In this document: positions 24,201-37,928 of the stretch, piece by piece
Position numbering within the stretch: position 1 is the first letter of the stretch
How the letters are laid out: the number at the start of each line of letters is the position of its first letter
Assembly: GCA_965649765.1 (NCBI GenBank)
Contig: OZ287756.1
Coordinates: 5,394,001-5,458,000 of the forward strand
Direction: 5' to 3'
Length of the DNA stretch: 64,000 nt
Source: Bispira polyomma
Lineage: Eukaryota
Made by a program: the position numbers and the translations under genes
Notes under the pieces: model-generated
Told to the model about the DNA's origin: nothing
Databases searched by the model: none
The model's input: the letters and a program-made list of their open reading frames with translations, nothing else

Positions 24201-26709
24201 GGTAACCCAGCAAGTCTCCCCCCAAGAAACTGGCCGGCTCCTCACCTGCCTCCTTGGGACTAGAAGTACCTATGCCCTGGCTGTTGTAGCCCAAACAGAA
24301 TGGTGGTTAAAACTACTAAGTTTGATGAAATGATAGTGATACTTCCCCATGTGACCACCTACCCATGAGGGGTACCCCTACCCCCCCCACAGGGGATGGG
24401 GTACCAAAGTATTAAGGTATCCTCCAAGTATCACTAAATGAATGAGGTGAATGATATTATAAAATTATAGTAATGAAAACAGGGGAGAAACTTATCACTA
24501 TGATAGGCCAAATCAAACTGACAGCCAACTCCCAATATCTAGGTCAAACTTTATCCCCATGCTTGATAACTATTTGGTCAAAAATTGGGTATAATGATAT
24601 TTAAATATAATGAAAATTCATCCCAAACCCCCCCTATCCCCACCAAATATGTTGTTACTACTTGTTAAAACATAATGAGTATGAACCCTACCTTGATTAA
24701 GTTAAAATAATTAAATTCCAATGCACACAAAAAAGAAACCATCTACAACTCTTTGTTGCCAATATGAAAGAGAGAGAGATCCAGTCTGGAAGCCACGAGG
24801 CTGTCCTCCCAGAAACACCCACAAAATCTTATTGGCTCAGCCAGCTCACATGACAAACATCCCACCTTATATCTCCCTATATATATAACCCATCTAAATA
24901 TAGTAACTCCTGATGACCTCAGCTTGTTTACATCTATTTAGAATACTTCAGTACTGGGTAGTTTTAATGCAGCATTTGAAACAGCTGAAAAACCTAGCCA
25001 AAATCAGGCTGTATTTACTTTTTGAAATTCCCAATTTTCCTTGGTGAAATTACCGAAATTTGGCAACTTAAGGGTCTCATGGAAATGGCATTCGCCACAT
25101 AATTATGAATGAAAAATTTATTAAAGGCATTCAAATTAACAAAATAAAATATAAAATCTCACAATTTGGCGATGATACAACTTTAATTTTGAATGAAAGT
25201 AAGGAGTCCCTTTTGGTAGCTTTAAATGTTTTAGAAATTTTTGGCTCAATGTCTGGTTTGCAGATAAATACTGATAAAACCAAACTTATATGGATTGGTA
25301 AAAAACGAAACTTAAAAGACAAGATTGATGTAGGCAAATCATTGGTATGGGAAGCAACTACTTTTCATCTTTTTGGGATTAACTTTTCAATAAACTTGAA
25401 TGAAATGATTCATATGAACTACCCTCCTACTATTGAAAAACTATTATTTTATGTTTGGAACCAAAGGTATTTGACACCCCTGGGAAGGGTAACTATAATT
25501 AAAACATTCGCATTATCTAAACTAAAGCATCTGTTTCTTTCTTTACCATCTCCTGGAAAGGCAATTTTAAAAGTTATTGAAAATATGTTCTATAAGTTTA
25601 TTTGGAGTGGTAAACCTGACAAAGTAAAGAGAACAATTTTGACAAGACATTATCTGGATGGTGGTTTAAAAATGATACACATCAACAACTTTGTGTCTGC
25701 ACTTAAAATAACTTGGTTACGTCGCTTTAATAATAATTCACATGCTCCATAGGCTAAACTAGCAATAAATTTCATCGGCTATGACAAGGTTTTTTTGCTT
25801 AGGTCAAATTACTCCAGAAATATATTGCTAGAAATATTGACTATAAATTTTGGATGAAAACTTTATAGAGAGTCTAACTGATCGCAGTGACGATCTATCT
25901 TTACCAATCTGGCACAATACTAAGATATCAAAATCTAACCTTTACTGTCCCAAATGGTATAATGCAGGTATTGTTTCAATAGCCGATTTGATTTGTAGTA
26001 GTGGAGAGTTTTTGACCGAAAAAGAATTGAATTCTATTTATAAAATTAAAACTAATTTTCTCGAATATCTCGAATATTATTTTTGGATTCGCTTCCTGCA
26101 AAAGTGCAAAGACTATTATCAATTTAATATATTTAACCGCAAAAGCTTTCATTTTTAAAGTTTCAAGAAGAAAAGGTTTATTATCACAACAGACCTTTAG
26201 TAACTATTTAAAGCAAATTTATACTGAACGGGAATATGCCTCAAAAATAAAAGATGAACATACAGCTTTTATCAAAAACTGGGGAAACATTCAGAATCTT
26301 TTTGTTTGACATTGTTGTAATTTAGTAAAATTAAATGTGGTTTGTCTACGTGCATTTGTATTGTTTTTATTGTGATATTTTCGGCTTTTTTTTCTCATTG
26401 TGTAATGTAATATCTGTTGTATCAAAGTCTTTCCTATTGTTATTGTAATTGTACTGTCATTTATATTGTTTTTTATTGTGATATTTTCTGATTTTTGTTT
26501 TTCATTGTGTAATGTAATGTCAATTTTGTCATAGCTTCTTTCCTATTGCAACTGTAATGTCATTTGTATTGTTTTAATTGTGATATTTTCGGATTTATTT
26601 TTAATTTTTTTTTTTCATTTTGTAATATAATATTAGTTGAAGAAGTGTCTTTCCTATTGTTATTGTAATTGTACTGTCATTTGTCTTATAAAAAAATTTA
26701 AAAAAAAAT
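21263..26709 (+). mobile_element. L1/Tx1 LINE, unit-2 copy (extra ~0.3-kb deletion near 21317)
   Basis: Duplicate of 997-6727; TSD TTAATGTCA at 21254-21262 and 26710-26718. Confidence 0.9.
21810..25099 (-). mobile_element. 3.3-kb TG...CA nested insertion, unit-2 copy
   Basis: TGTAGCGG...TTCGCCACA; TSD TAAT at 21806-21809 and 25100-25103. Confidence 0.75.
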
Positions 26710-27429
26710 TTAATGTCACTTGAAGACAAACATATTAAAATATTTCTGAAAAAAAAAAAGATTTTTTGTGTTAAATGTGGGAATATATAAACTTTTTTTT
26801 TAAAGAATTGAAGGCATTGAAAGATTTTAAAACTGTGAACTTTTACCATTTCTGCAAAAAGTTATAGTTTTACACCTATCTCTGGACACACAGTGAATTG
26901 GTATGTCATATTTAAACTGACATATAAGCCTTAAAGTGGAGTGTTAAAATCAATAACTCTTGGTATAGATGTATGTGTACAACATAATGTCAGTATAATA
27001 AAAAATTATCTATCTATCTTTGTTTGGTTAAGACAGTAAAACTCTGATTCAATTGTTGTATATTTGATCTTCATATTAATTTTGTAATTCTGTAAACTTT
27101 CTGGTACATATTCTGTGTGAATATAAGTTGTATATTTGATTTTGGCATTAATATTGTAATTATGATTCTTTGATATGTATTCTTTTGTGTAACTATGAGT
27201 TGTATATTTGATCTTGATCTTACTTTTGTTTTTGTACAGACATATTCTTGCCAAGACATATTCTTGGAAGGGGTGGTACTCCTCACTTAAAACAATGTCA
27301 TTCCATAACTCAAACGGAAGAGATGGTACTTCTTTCTTAAAACAATGTCACTCTATAACCTTAATGAAAGAGGTGGTACTTCTTTAGTAAAACAATGTCA
27401 CTCCATAACTTAAATGGAAGAGGTAGTAC

Positions 27430-28620
27430 TTTATCAAATCCAGTAGTCTAAATGGCTGCTAACAATGAAATTAGCCAGAGGGATGGCAGTATCTAGTGAC
27501 AAACGATTTCTGATTCTTTTGATGTTACAAATGTGATAGTAACAGGAGTGACAAATGTTGCTGTGTATCAAATGTGTGTATTAAATGAGAAAGTGGAATC
27601 AATGGTGACACCAAGGCTCTTGACAGTATTGGAGGGCTGAATATCATTGCCCAGTAGTGTAATGGGTTTGAATTTGAATTTGAAACCACTAGGCCACCGC
27701 GGCCCCAGTGTAATGGGGAATAATGATCTTAAATACTCACTGTTCTTGTTACCAATGACAATAAATCCAGTTTAATCTGGATTTAATTTCAATTTGGAGT
27801 AATTCATCTAAGCCTGTAATGGTGAGAGGCAGTCAGCAAATAGACTGAGATTATTGTACGCATTATGACGTTTGAGTGAGAGATAGATTTGAGTATTGTC
27901 AGCACACAAATGGTGTTTAACATTGTGACTATCGATGACTGTAAAGTATGTGTGTAAAGTATAAAGTAAAGGCCCTAGGACTGACCCCTGGGGTACCCCG
28001 AAATGTAGATAGAAAGAGGATGAGAAGTGATCATCCAGTTTGAACTTTTGGGAGTGAGATTTGATCCGATACAATGAAGGACAGTGCCATCAAGTCCAAA
28101 CTACTGTTTTAGGGTGTTGAACAGTAGACCATGGTCAATGTTATCAAAAGCTGCCGCGAGATCTAGAAGGGTGAGGGTCACAGTTTTATCCCGATCTAAG
28201 GCAAGATTTATGTCATCACTAATGGAAATGAGGGTACTTCCTGTGGAGTGGAATTTTCTGTAAGCAGACTGGTGGAAGTTAGCAAGTTTATGTTTATTAA
28301 GGTGATCATGTTTTTTCGCAACAGCTTTCTCGATGAGTTTAGAGACAGAGCTGCGGCTAGAGCAATGAGAGAGATTAATGGTAGGGATAGGATCCAGCTC
28401 ACACGATGTGATGGAAGAGGATTCTATCAGTTTGGGAACATCATTCTCAGAAACAAGATGAAAGTGTAGAAGATTTTAAACGCTGTAGCCCTCGGATGGT
28501 GGGTAAAACTGTAATATGGTAGAAAACCCCTCCTGGATTTTGGTTATTTTGTCAGTTAAGAAATTGCCAAATGTATTAGATAAAAATGTAAGGCAAAAAC
28601 TGTCGGGCAAAACTCGTTTA
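27430..28620 (-). mobile_element. degenerate L2-clade LINE RT fragment
   Basis: LLDLAAAFDNIDH, GVPQGSVLGPLL, HHLCADNTQIY; same family as 60025-61149. Confidence 0.85.
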
Positions 28621-30019
28621 AATGTACGGTGGAGTATTATTATCCATAGCTTGAAAGGTTGAACTTAAAAGTGATTTTAATTTAAAACAGTAGAGAAGCA
28701 TTAGAAATATCTTTACAGTGATTGACACAATAAACCAAACCTCTTTGTTGTTTTCACTTTAAGGTTCTTAAAAGGTAAACGAGAATTTAACTCACAAGTT
28801 TAGACAGTAGCATTTACAACACTCTCAGCATTCTCATCTATGTTTATATCAGTGTTGATTTGATTTGATTTTGGGTTTAACAACGTCGTTGGACCATGAA
28901 TTTTCAGTTTCCAATGGGTGACTAGAAATATGACTCCTTCAGTTTCCAATGGGTGATTTAGACTGGGAGTCTTTCAGTTTACATACTCCATGATTTTTGT
29001 TTAGGTTCCAATGCGTAATTTACAACCTAACTTCGTTGCTGGTCCCATGATTCTTTTCCTTTCAATGGGTGGTTGCGACTATGACTCTTTAAATTTCCAA
29101 TAATTGGCTGGGCCCATGAGTTCCCTTGTTTTTGACAGTTTCACGTATGTCACACATGTTATGCCAATTGTAGAACCTATAACCACACAACACATAATAA
29201 CAGAGTTATTCAGTATTATTGTCACTAGCTTCGACAGCTAAAACTAGTACTGGGCACTACAGCAGTGATTATGTTTGGAGAACAAAATGGTAAGAATGTT
29301 AGATCATCAGTGAAATAATAGTCTATATAATAATATTTATTTACTTGGCCTAAGTCTAAAACCAAATGTGACTGAAAAACATTTTAAACATTTTAAAATT
29401 TAAAAAAATCATATTTCTGACCAAAACTGTCAACACCTCTTTAACTTGCTGATACATTTTTAGACACCCCATCCATTCTTAGTTTTCCTTGGTTAAAAAC
29501 AAGGACAAAAGTAACTGTTATGGCTGCAATTTACAAAAATGGCATTAATCATACCTTTCCTTCAGGAACATAAATAGTGATCAGGGCCACAGACATATAT
29601 AAAGTTTAAGTGAAATAATGATTTTATTGACATATTTTTTCCATGTTTTTAAAGGATCAATTCAAGCTAAATGTCAATATTCAGAAAGATAAGTGTCATG
29701 CAAATTATTTGTTATCCTTAGGATACACTGTTGTTTAAATCAAATAGTGTCAGAAACTATTGCTAGTCTCTCACCAATATGGGTTCGAACCCCTTTGTTC
29801 CTTCATGTTAGAAAGTTTGTCAGTACCCTTCAGTATAGTCAATCTGGTGTGTACTGGAAAGTAAAAATTTGGAAATAATTGGCAATAGACTTGCTAAAAC
29901 CTGGTAATTTGAAAACTTTACCATCTACTCGGACTTTATAAATAATAAACTGGCTATTGTGGCATGACACATATTGATTAAACCAATGTTAATCTAATTA
30001 AATTGATAAGCCTGTAACA

Positions 30020-30264
30020 ATAATAATAATAATAATAATGCATTTTTAACGCGCTTTATTGATGCCAGGCATCTTCTAAAGCGCAACAGCAGAATCAGTG
30101 ATCCAATCGTAAAGTCCATGGGCATAGCAAGGTCATAAGGGTAGGGGGGTTAACAGCTGGTTGATCAGCAAGCAACGAGATTGAGTATTAACCCACCCCG
30201 TAGCATCCGGCGGCAAGGGGCGCAACTCCCTTTCACGCTTCACATGGTGAAGGGTGCCGTAGCC
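30020..30264 (-). mobile_element. short retroposed insertion with an L2-type 3' tail (probable 5'-truncated SINE), unit 2 only
   Basis: Absent at the homologous site near 9118; TSD AACA; (TTA)n tail; last ~115 nt align with the L2 3'UTR at ~61170-61280. Confidence 0.75.
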
Positions 30265-30588
30265 AACAGGACAGTATTGATGTCAGCATACATATATTTT
30301 TGGTAAATTCAAGAAAAGTTGAATTACTTTTCAACTAAAAGACAACCTAAAACCAATTACACATTTTACATGACCATATGTGACCAACGTGGAAGTTGTT
30401 AGTATACTTATATAATGAGTATAGTGGTACTAATATTTGTAACAGTAATAAAACATGACTTTATTAATGATAAGTTATATTGTATATTGTCAGTTTTTGA
30501 TATACCTTGCTTAAATTGATATCGAAGGATATTACTGTTTTTCGTGCTGTTTTAAGTTAAATCTTATAAACAGTAATTCAATACATAC

Positions 30589-30869
30589 CTGCTATGTAGA
30601 AATATGGTATGCATCTTATTTCAAAATCTTTTTGGATGGCAACTGTAATATTGATGTTGCCAACATTCGTATTTTATTGGTCACCACCAGACAAGGACTT
30701 TTGACATCCCTAAGAAACATCACTAATGTTGTATGTAAGACATATTCTTGATCTGGACGGGAACTTAACAACTCACTTATTTTGATAAAAACTGGTGCAT
30801 TAGAAGTTACATCTTTTGCAGCAGTAGCATTGATCAGATGAGTACTGGTTGAATAGTAAGGTGATGTTT
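30589..30869 (-). pseudogene. orphan frameshifted sulfotransferase exon 2, unit-2 copy
   Basis: Duplicate of 9443-9723, also 281 bp. Confidence 0.85.
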
Positions 30870-31228
30870 CTGCAAATAGAATAAAGCACAATTAAGCAAA
30901 ACTAATGCATCGACAGTTCCAGGATTCTGTAAAGGGAGGGGGGGGGGGGTCCGCCTCCAGAATTCATTGTTAGATTCATATTTCCTAAAATGTTAGGGGT
31001 TCCACATTCACAAAAAATGTCTTAATGTTTACTGGTCTTAGTCTCAACTCGATGTTTTTGTCATGGATAAAGACTCAAAAGGGCAACTAACGCTAAATAA
31101 GCTCAATGGGCCCTTAAAGGTTGCATTAGCTATAGTTCAATTCACTAGGGGTGTAAAAATAATGCATTTTTAAATGAATGAAAACTACATCCTGCAGGAT
31201 GATAACTATTAAATTGGGTGTGTATTAT

Positions 31229-32041
31229 TGTTACGGTGACGGGAGCAAGCGCGGTAGCAATTACTGGTTGCTTTGAGGTTGTAACAGGAAAAGACAAAAA
31301 GTTTCACTTAACAAATTTATTTTAACAAATAAAATAACAATTACAGAATTACAAAATTATACAATTACAAAATTACAAAATTACAGTCAACTGAGATACC
31401 CTTAATAGCTCACACAATAATACAATAATGAAATCAATCTGACCTGACCACAGTCCTGTCCACTCAAATAACAATTAAACCAGTTTGTCCACTGTATCCA
31501 GCAATCTGTCTTGAGATCCGCTCAATGTCCACACAATGCCTGTATCCTGTTATCTGTTCAGCGTCCACGCACACAAAATGTATATATCCAGAGAATCTGC
31601 ACAACTAAGCTATCCAGTCCAGGATGCAAACAATATCCAATATGCAGTAAATCCAATCTCTGGTAGATCCACAACTTTTAACTAGTTCACTCCAATGAGT
31701 TCACCACAAAATGTATATAACAAACAGTATAGTAGTTCCTATAGCATTCATATAGCACCTCAGCTCAATTAAATCTCTTCTGTGGCCAGGCTGTCAACCC
31801 TTATATATACCACTGCTAGAGAAGGTTGCTAGAATGTGTAAGCAATCGCTAGGACATTCCAGAGATGAGATATACATATGAATACAACTTTAATAACCTT
31901 CAGAAATAAAATAGAACCGGTTTCTAGAAGCTTAGGGGTTTCCCCAAATCTATAAATAGCTCACTCCAGCAGAGTGTAAAACCATTAATACTAACTAGAC
32001 CGGTTTTTCTTCCACACACCACAATGTCCCCATATGTAACA
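31229..32041 (-). repeat. 3' LTR
   Basis: Near-identical to 37116-37928; preceded on the minus strand by the polypurine tract. Confidence 0.95.
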
Positions 32042-32241
32042 CCTCCCCCCTTAAAGAAAAATTTTGGAAGCCGAGGGGTTACAAAATTTCATATTACACA
32101 AAACATAAGTGAATATACAGTGTACATATGTAATAACATTCTATGGAACATTGTATTTTAAGTTACACAAGTAATATCCATATGTAAACATCTAAGTTTT
32201 ACAAGTTACAACTTTTCAGTTACTAACATACAAAATATCCT

Positions 32242-35200
32242 TTAACTACAACTTCTTGATAGAGCATCAGCACAAATGTTATCCTTTCCTTTAACATGCT
32301 CTATTTGTAAACTGTATTCTTGCAAAACCAAACTCCAATTCAATAGACGTCTGTTTTTGTTTTTCATTTTGTGCAAGAATACTAAAGGGTTGTGATCTGT
32401 GTACACAATAGTTGGTTTTGATGATGAAGAGATATATATATCAAAGTGTTTAATGGCTAAAATGAGGGCTAAACATTCCTTTTCTATTGTAGAGTAATTC
32501 TTTTGATGTACGCCAAATTTTTTTGAAAAATAACAAATGGGATGTTCAATATCTTCATCATCAGTCTGCAGTAAAACTGCACCTGCCCCAACATCACTGG
32601 CATCCACAGCTAACTGAAATGGTCTACTGAAGTCTGGAGCAGCTAATACAGGCTCCGAACAGAGAACACTCTTTACTTTGTCAAATGCTTTTTGACATGC
32701 TTCAGACCAGTGATATTTTACGTTTTTTTTTTTTTTAAGAGCTCAGTCAGTGGAGCAGTGACATCTGAGAAATTTTTACAAAATTTTCTATAATAACCTG
32801 ACATTCCCAGGAACCTCATTAAACTTTTCTTATTTCTAGGAATGGGATAGTCAATGATGCTTTCAACTTTTGCTTTAATTGGTGTCACAACTCCATGACC
32901 GACTACATGCCCTAAGTAAACAACCTTCGCTTTTACAAAGTCACTTTTTGATAGATTCACAGTAAGGTTGGCTTGTTTGAGCTGAAACAGAACTTGTTCA
33001 AGTCTTTTCAAATGTTCTTCCCAAGTATCACTAAAGATGACAATATCATCCACATACACTTCAACCCCTTCTAAGTTCCTTAAACATATATTCATTAGTC
33101 TCTGAAATGTAGCTTGGGAATTTTTCATGCCAAATGGCATTACCTTGTACTGATACAGACCATCGGGAGTTACAAATGCTGATATTTCTTTTGCCCGTTC
33201 AGTAAGAGGTACACACCAGTAACCTTTCAATAAGTCACATTTTGTGATATATTTGGCTTTACCAATCCGATCAATACAATCTTCCATTCTTGGGATAGGA
33301 AATGAATCGGTTTTACTCAAAACATTAACCTTTCTATAGTCTGTGCAATATCTGATAGAACCATCAGGCTTCGGGACCAAAACACAAGGAGATGCCCAAC
33401 TACTTTGACTTGGTTCAATTATATCTTTGTCCAACATGTATTGCACTTCTTGTCTTAATTTTCCAAGTTTAATCGGGTTTACCCGATATGGGTGCTGTTT
33501 GATCGGAATGGCATTGCCAACATCAACATCATGCATGAGTACATTAGTCCTGTTAGGGGCATCAGGAAATACTGACTTATACTTCAAGAGTAACTCGCTA
33601 AGTGGGATTCTCTTATCTGGAGGTACATGATTCAGTTTGGTTTCCAAATCAGCAAGAATTTCTGAATTACTCAACCTAATTTTACAGTTAACTTCAACAT
33701 CAGGAGTGTCACCCCATGCTTCATGCTCCTGATTGTTATCATTTTCCACATTACAGTCAGTAGCCATGACAGGCTTTGTCACACCCCTTTCAAAGTATGG
33801 TTTTACCATATTTACATGACACAGTTGGGTTGACTTCCTTCTGTCCGGGGTTTCAATGACATAATCCAGATCACCTACTCTTTTTAACACTTTGTAAGGC
33901 CCATGATATCTGGCCTGTAACGTGTTCCCCTGGACAGGTAATAGCACTAAAACCTTGTCTCCGGGTTTAAAAACACGGTTTTGTGACTTTCTATCATAAA
34001 GCCTTTTCATTTTTAATTGAGAATGTTTCAGATTTTGTTGCGCTAGCTCACAAGCCTTTTTCAGCCTACTCCTAAACTTTGAAACATAATCTAACAGGTT
34101 TAGGCTCTCAGAGTTCTCGGATAACCAATTTTCTTTCAACAATTTGACAGGACCACGGACTGAATGACCAAACACCAACTCAAAGGGACTAAAGCCTAAA
34201 GACTCTTGCACTGATTCCCTAACTGCAAACAATAATAAGTTGATGCCTTCATCCCAGTCTTTCTCATTGTCTAAGCAATATGTCCTAATCATATTTTTTA
34301 AAGTGGAATGGAACCTTTCAAGGGCACCTTGTGATTCTGGGTGATAAGCACTAGATTTGATCTGTTTGGCACCTAGCTGAAACACAACTTGCTGAAATAA
34401 TCCTGACATAAAATTTGACCCTTGATCTGACTGGATCTCCTTTGGTAAGCCAACTAAAGTAAAGAAATTGACTAAAGCTTTTGAGATTTTCGGGGCTGTT
34501 ATGTTGGTCAAAGGTATGGCTTCAGGGAATCTGGTTGAGGCACACATAATGGTTAGGAGATATTGGTTTCTGGATTTAGTCTTTGGTAAGGGGCCTACAC
34601 AATCAATTATCACTTTGCTGAATGGTTCCTCAAATGCTGGAATGGGTTTTAGAGGAGCTACAGGAATCTTTTGGTTTGGTTTCCCCACAACTTGACAAAT
34701 GTGACAAGTTTTACAAAATTCTGCCACACAGTGCCGGATTTGAGGCCAGTAGAAATGCTGGGTTATTTTGCCATAGGTTTTGTTGATACCTAAATGACCA
34801 CCCATTGGAGACTCATGAGCTAACCTCAATACATCATTTTGGTACATTTTTGGTAATACAATCTGATGAAGTATTGACCAGTTCTCAGAGGTAGGGACAC
34901 TTGGCGGCCTCCACTTTCGCATAAGCACACCATTTCTGATATAATAGCCTACTGGGACCTTATCTAGCTCTACTGGTGGTAACACCAATTTGAATAGAGC
35001 GGCTAATTCAGGGTCATTTTCCTGCTCTACAATCAATTTTGATTTTGAGAGTGATACATCTGGATCATCAAATTGGTCTTGTTTCCCAGAATCTTTCCTA
35101 CCTTTAGGGTCAATCTCACTATGATTTTGCACATCATGGTCACAGTTGTTTAAGAATGTATCTGATAAATCAACTAAGACATCTGCAGATTGTTTACAAT

Positions 35201-37004
35201 CTTTTGGTTCTTCTTGGGCTTTTTTAGCCATAGCTCGAGTCACAGCACAGGAGGGAAAAATACCAGGAATAACCTCTTCTAATTTCTCAGTGCTAACCAA
35301 AGTGATCGGCTTAGAAGTAACCTTAGGATCAGCAACCACCTTGCCACCTGCCAAATCATTTCCCAACAGCAAAGACACCCCTTTAATGGGTAAAGTGGGC
35401 CTGGTACCCACCACAACAGAACCAGTAACTAAGTCTGATACTAAGTTGACCTTATGTAAGGGAATGTTTACACAACCTCCTTCAATACCTTGAGCAATAA
35501 TACTTTCACCAGTAGAAGTGCTTACACTCAAAGGCAATACACCTTCTAAAAGTAGTGACTGAGTAGCACCAGTGTCTCTTAGTATCCTAATGGGAACTTG
35601 ACTGGAACTACTTTCTAAGGACACAAAACCCTCAGACACAAAAGGTTTGAACTCATCCCTAATCTCAGACTTGTCTAAACCAATACTAGATTCTGCTCTA
35701 TTGGGATTTGAACGCCAATTAGATTTGCTAGAAATAAAAGCATTAGGTGTTGCCTCCTTTTCTCTCCTTTTCTTAAGGAGCCAACAGTCAGACATAACAT
35801 GCCCAGGTTTTTTACAGTAATGGCACACAGGAGCAAAGGACCTAGGTTTCCTATCCTTACTCATTGTCTGATTTGTTGTTTGAAACTTATCGGAACTCTT
35901 TTCTGGAGCTACATTTTCGAATTTCTTTCCTACTTCAGGATAAAACTTCTTTGTGGGACCAGAGGCTTTACTCTTGTTAAAAGTGGACTTGTGAGTCAGC
36001 GCATAATCATCAGCATAAGCTGCTGCTTTTTGCAAATTTTCTACTTTCTGTTCATCCAGATAGGTTTTAATGTCATCACGAACACCCCTTTTGAACTCCT
36101 CAATTAAAATGACTTGCCTAAGCTTTTCAAAGTCTGTACCAACTTCTCTAGAATTACACCATCTGTCAAAGTACACTTCTTTTTCATGGGCAAATTCAAC
36201 ATAAGTTTGATTTTCTTGCTTACGATAATTTCTGAATTTTTGACGATATGCTTCTGGTACCAACTCATATGCTTTCAAGATAGCATTTTTCACACAGTCA
36301 TAATCTCTACATTCAGAAATTGGCAAAGCTGTATATGCCTCTTGGGCTTTGCCTTTGAAAACACTTTGCAGCAATAAAGGCCATTGGTTTGTGGGCCATT
36401 TCAAATTTTGAGCCACCCGTTCAAAGTGTTGAAAATATTTATCAACTTCCGACTCGCTGAAAGGTGGTACCAGTCGCATATTTTTACCCAAATCAAATTT
36501 GGTTGCCATGGACTCTTCATGGGCAATTCGGCGAGCATTGAGTTCCAAAGCCTTCATTTCCCTTTCATGTTTAAGTTCAAGCTCTTTTTCAAATTTTTGA
36601 GCTTCGAGCTCTTCTTTTCGCCTTTGAGCCTCAAGCTCAAGCTCTTCTTTTCGCCTTTGAGCCTCAAGCTCTTCTTTTCGCCTTTGAGCTTCGAGCTCTT
36701 CTTTTCTCTGTTGTTGCTGAGCTTCAAGCTCTTTAAGTTTTAGCTCTCTTTCAATTTCTAATCGCCTGATCTCAAATTGCCCAGAAGGTTCCATTGGCAG
36801 AGGTTCATACACTTCTAAACAACTATCATGCAAAAGGTCTTCATCAACTAACTGTTCAACAATAAGCCTTTTAAGTTCATGTTTACGTGTTGACTTTTTC
36901 ACATCTAACTGTAATTCCTGTGTTATCTGCATTAACATATCTTTTTTAAAAGTTTCTAGAACCTCAATAGATGGTGACTGTATAAACTCTTTAGCACTAG
37001 CCAT
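32242..37004 (-). CDS. gag-pol polyprotein (SCAN-like capsid, CCHC knuckle, protease, integrase, RT, RNase H), broken by a poly-A frameshift at 32723-32736
   Basis: YELVPEAYRQKFR; CHYCKKPGHVMSDC; LRDTGA; HHCC plus IDCVGP/SDQG/ALER and GPY (IN); YVDD (RT); DAS/EKE/TDH/DALSR (RNase H in ORF 32242-32607). First ATG at 37004. Confidence 0.92.
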
Positions 37005-37090
37005 TTTGAGCACTGTTGACTGTAATATATTTTCAAACAAAATAAATGATTTTTCAAAAAGCTATGAAAATAGTTAGATCAAATGGTTAG

Positions 37091-37108
37091 ATCCCGGACG
37101 AGCCCCCA
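37091..37108 (-). promoter_or_regulatory. primer-binding site, tRNA-Pro
   Basis: Minus strand TGGGGGCTCGTCCGGGAT, the canonical 18-nt tRNA-Pro PBS, 7 nt inside the 5' LTR boundary. Confidence 0.9.
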
Positions 37109-37115
37109 ATTTTCC

Positions 37116-37928
37116 TGTTACGGTGACGGGAGCAAGCGCGGTAGCAATTACTGGTTGCTTTGAGGTTGTAACAGGAAAAGACAAAAAGTTTCACTTAACA
37201 AATTTATTTTAACAAATAAAATAACAATTACAGAATTACAAAATTATACAATTACAAAATTACAAAATTACAGTCAACTGAGATACCCTTAATAGCTCAC
37301 ACAATAATACAATAATGAAATCAATCTGACCTGACCACAGTCCTGTCCACTCAAATAACAATTAAACCAGTTTGTCCACTGTATCCAGCAATCTGTCTTG
37401 AGATCCGCTCAATGTCCACACAATGCCTGTATCCTGTTATCTGTTCAGCGTCCACGCACACAAAATGTATATATCCAGAGAATCTGCACAACTAAGCTAT
37501 CCAGTCCAGGATGCAAACAATATCCAATATGCAGTAAATCCAATCTCTGGTAGATCCACAACTTTTAACTAGTTCACTCCAATGAGTTCACCACAAAATG
37601 TATATAACAAACAGTATAGTAGTTCCTATAGCATTCATATAGCACCTCAGCTCAATTAAATCTCTTCTGTGGCCAGGCTGTCAACCCTTATATATACCAC
37701 TGCTAGAGAAGGTTGCTAGAATGTGTAAGCAATCGCTAGGACATTCCAGAGATGAGATATACATATGAATACAACTTTAATAACCTTCAGAAATAAAATA
37801 GAACCGGTTTCTAGAAGCTTAGGGGTTTCCCCAAATCTATATATAGCTCACTCCAGCAGAGTGTAAAACCATTAGTACTAACTAGACCGGTTTTTCTTCC
37901 ACACACCACAATGTCCCCATATGTAACA
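37116..37928 (-). repeat. 5' LTR
   Basis: 813 bp; only two differences from the 3' LTR seen by eye. Confidence 0.95.

Larger units (their letters stand above)
31229..37928 (-). mobile_element. full-length Ty3/Gypsy LTR retrotransposon, Gmr1-type domain order
   Basis: Two 813-bp LTRs (TGTTAC...GTAACA); 5-bp TSD ATTAT at 31224-31228 and 37929-37933; PBS at 37091-37108; PPT AAGGGGGGAGG next to 32041; empty site at ~10078 in unit 1. Confidence 0.97.

Noticed and set aside
30150-30264. HDV-like ribozyme at the 5' end of the short insertion
   Set aside because: Partial P1/P3/P4-like pairings exist, but I could not build a consistent nested double pseudoknot.
32723-32736. A14 run as a programmed ribosomal frameshift
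   Set aside because: It lies in the RT-RNase H connection rather than at the gag/pol boundary; a homopolymer indel is simpler.
33427-36743. Plus-strand ORFs inside the Gypsy element
   Set aside because: Antisense shadows of gag-pol with no recognisable motifs.
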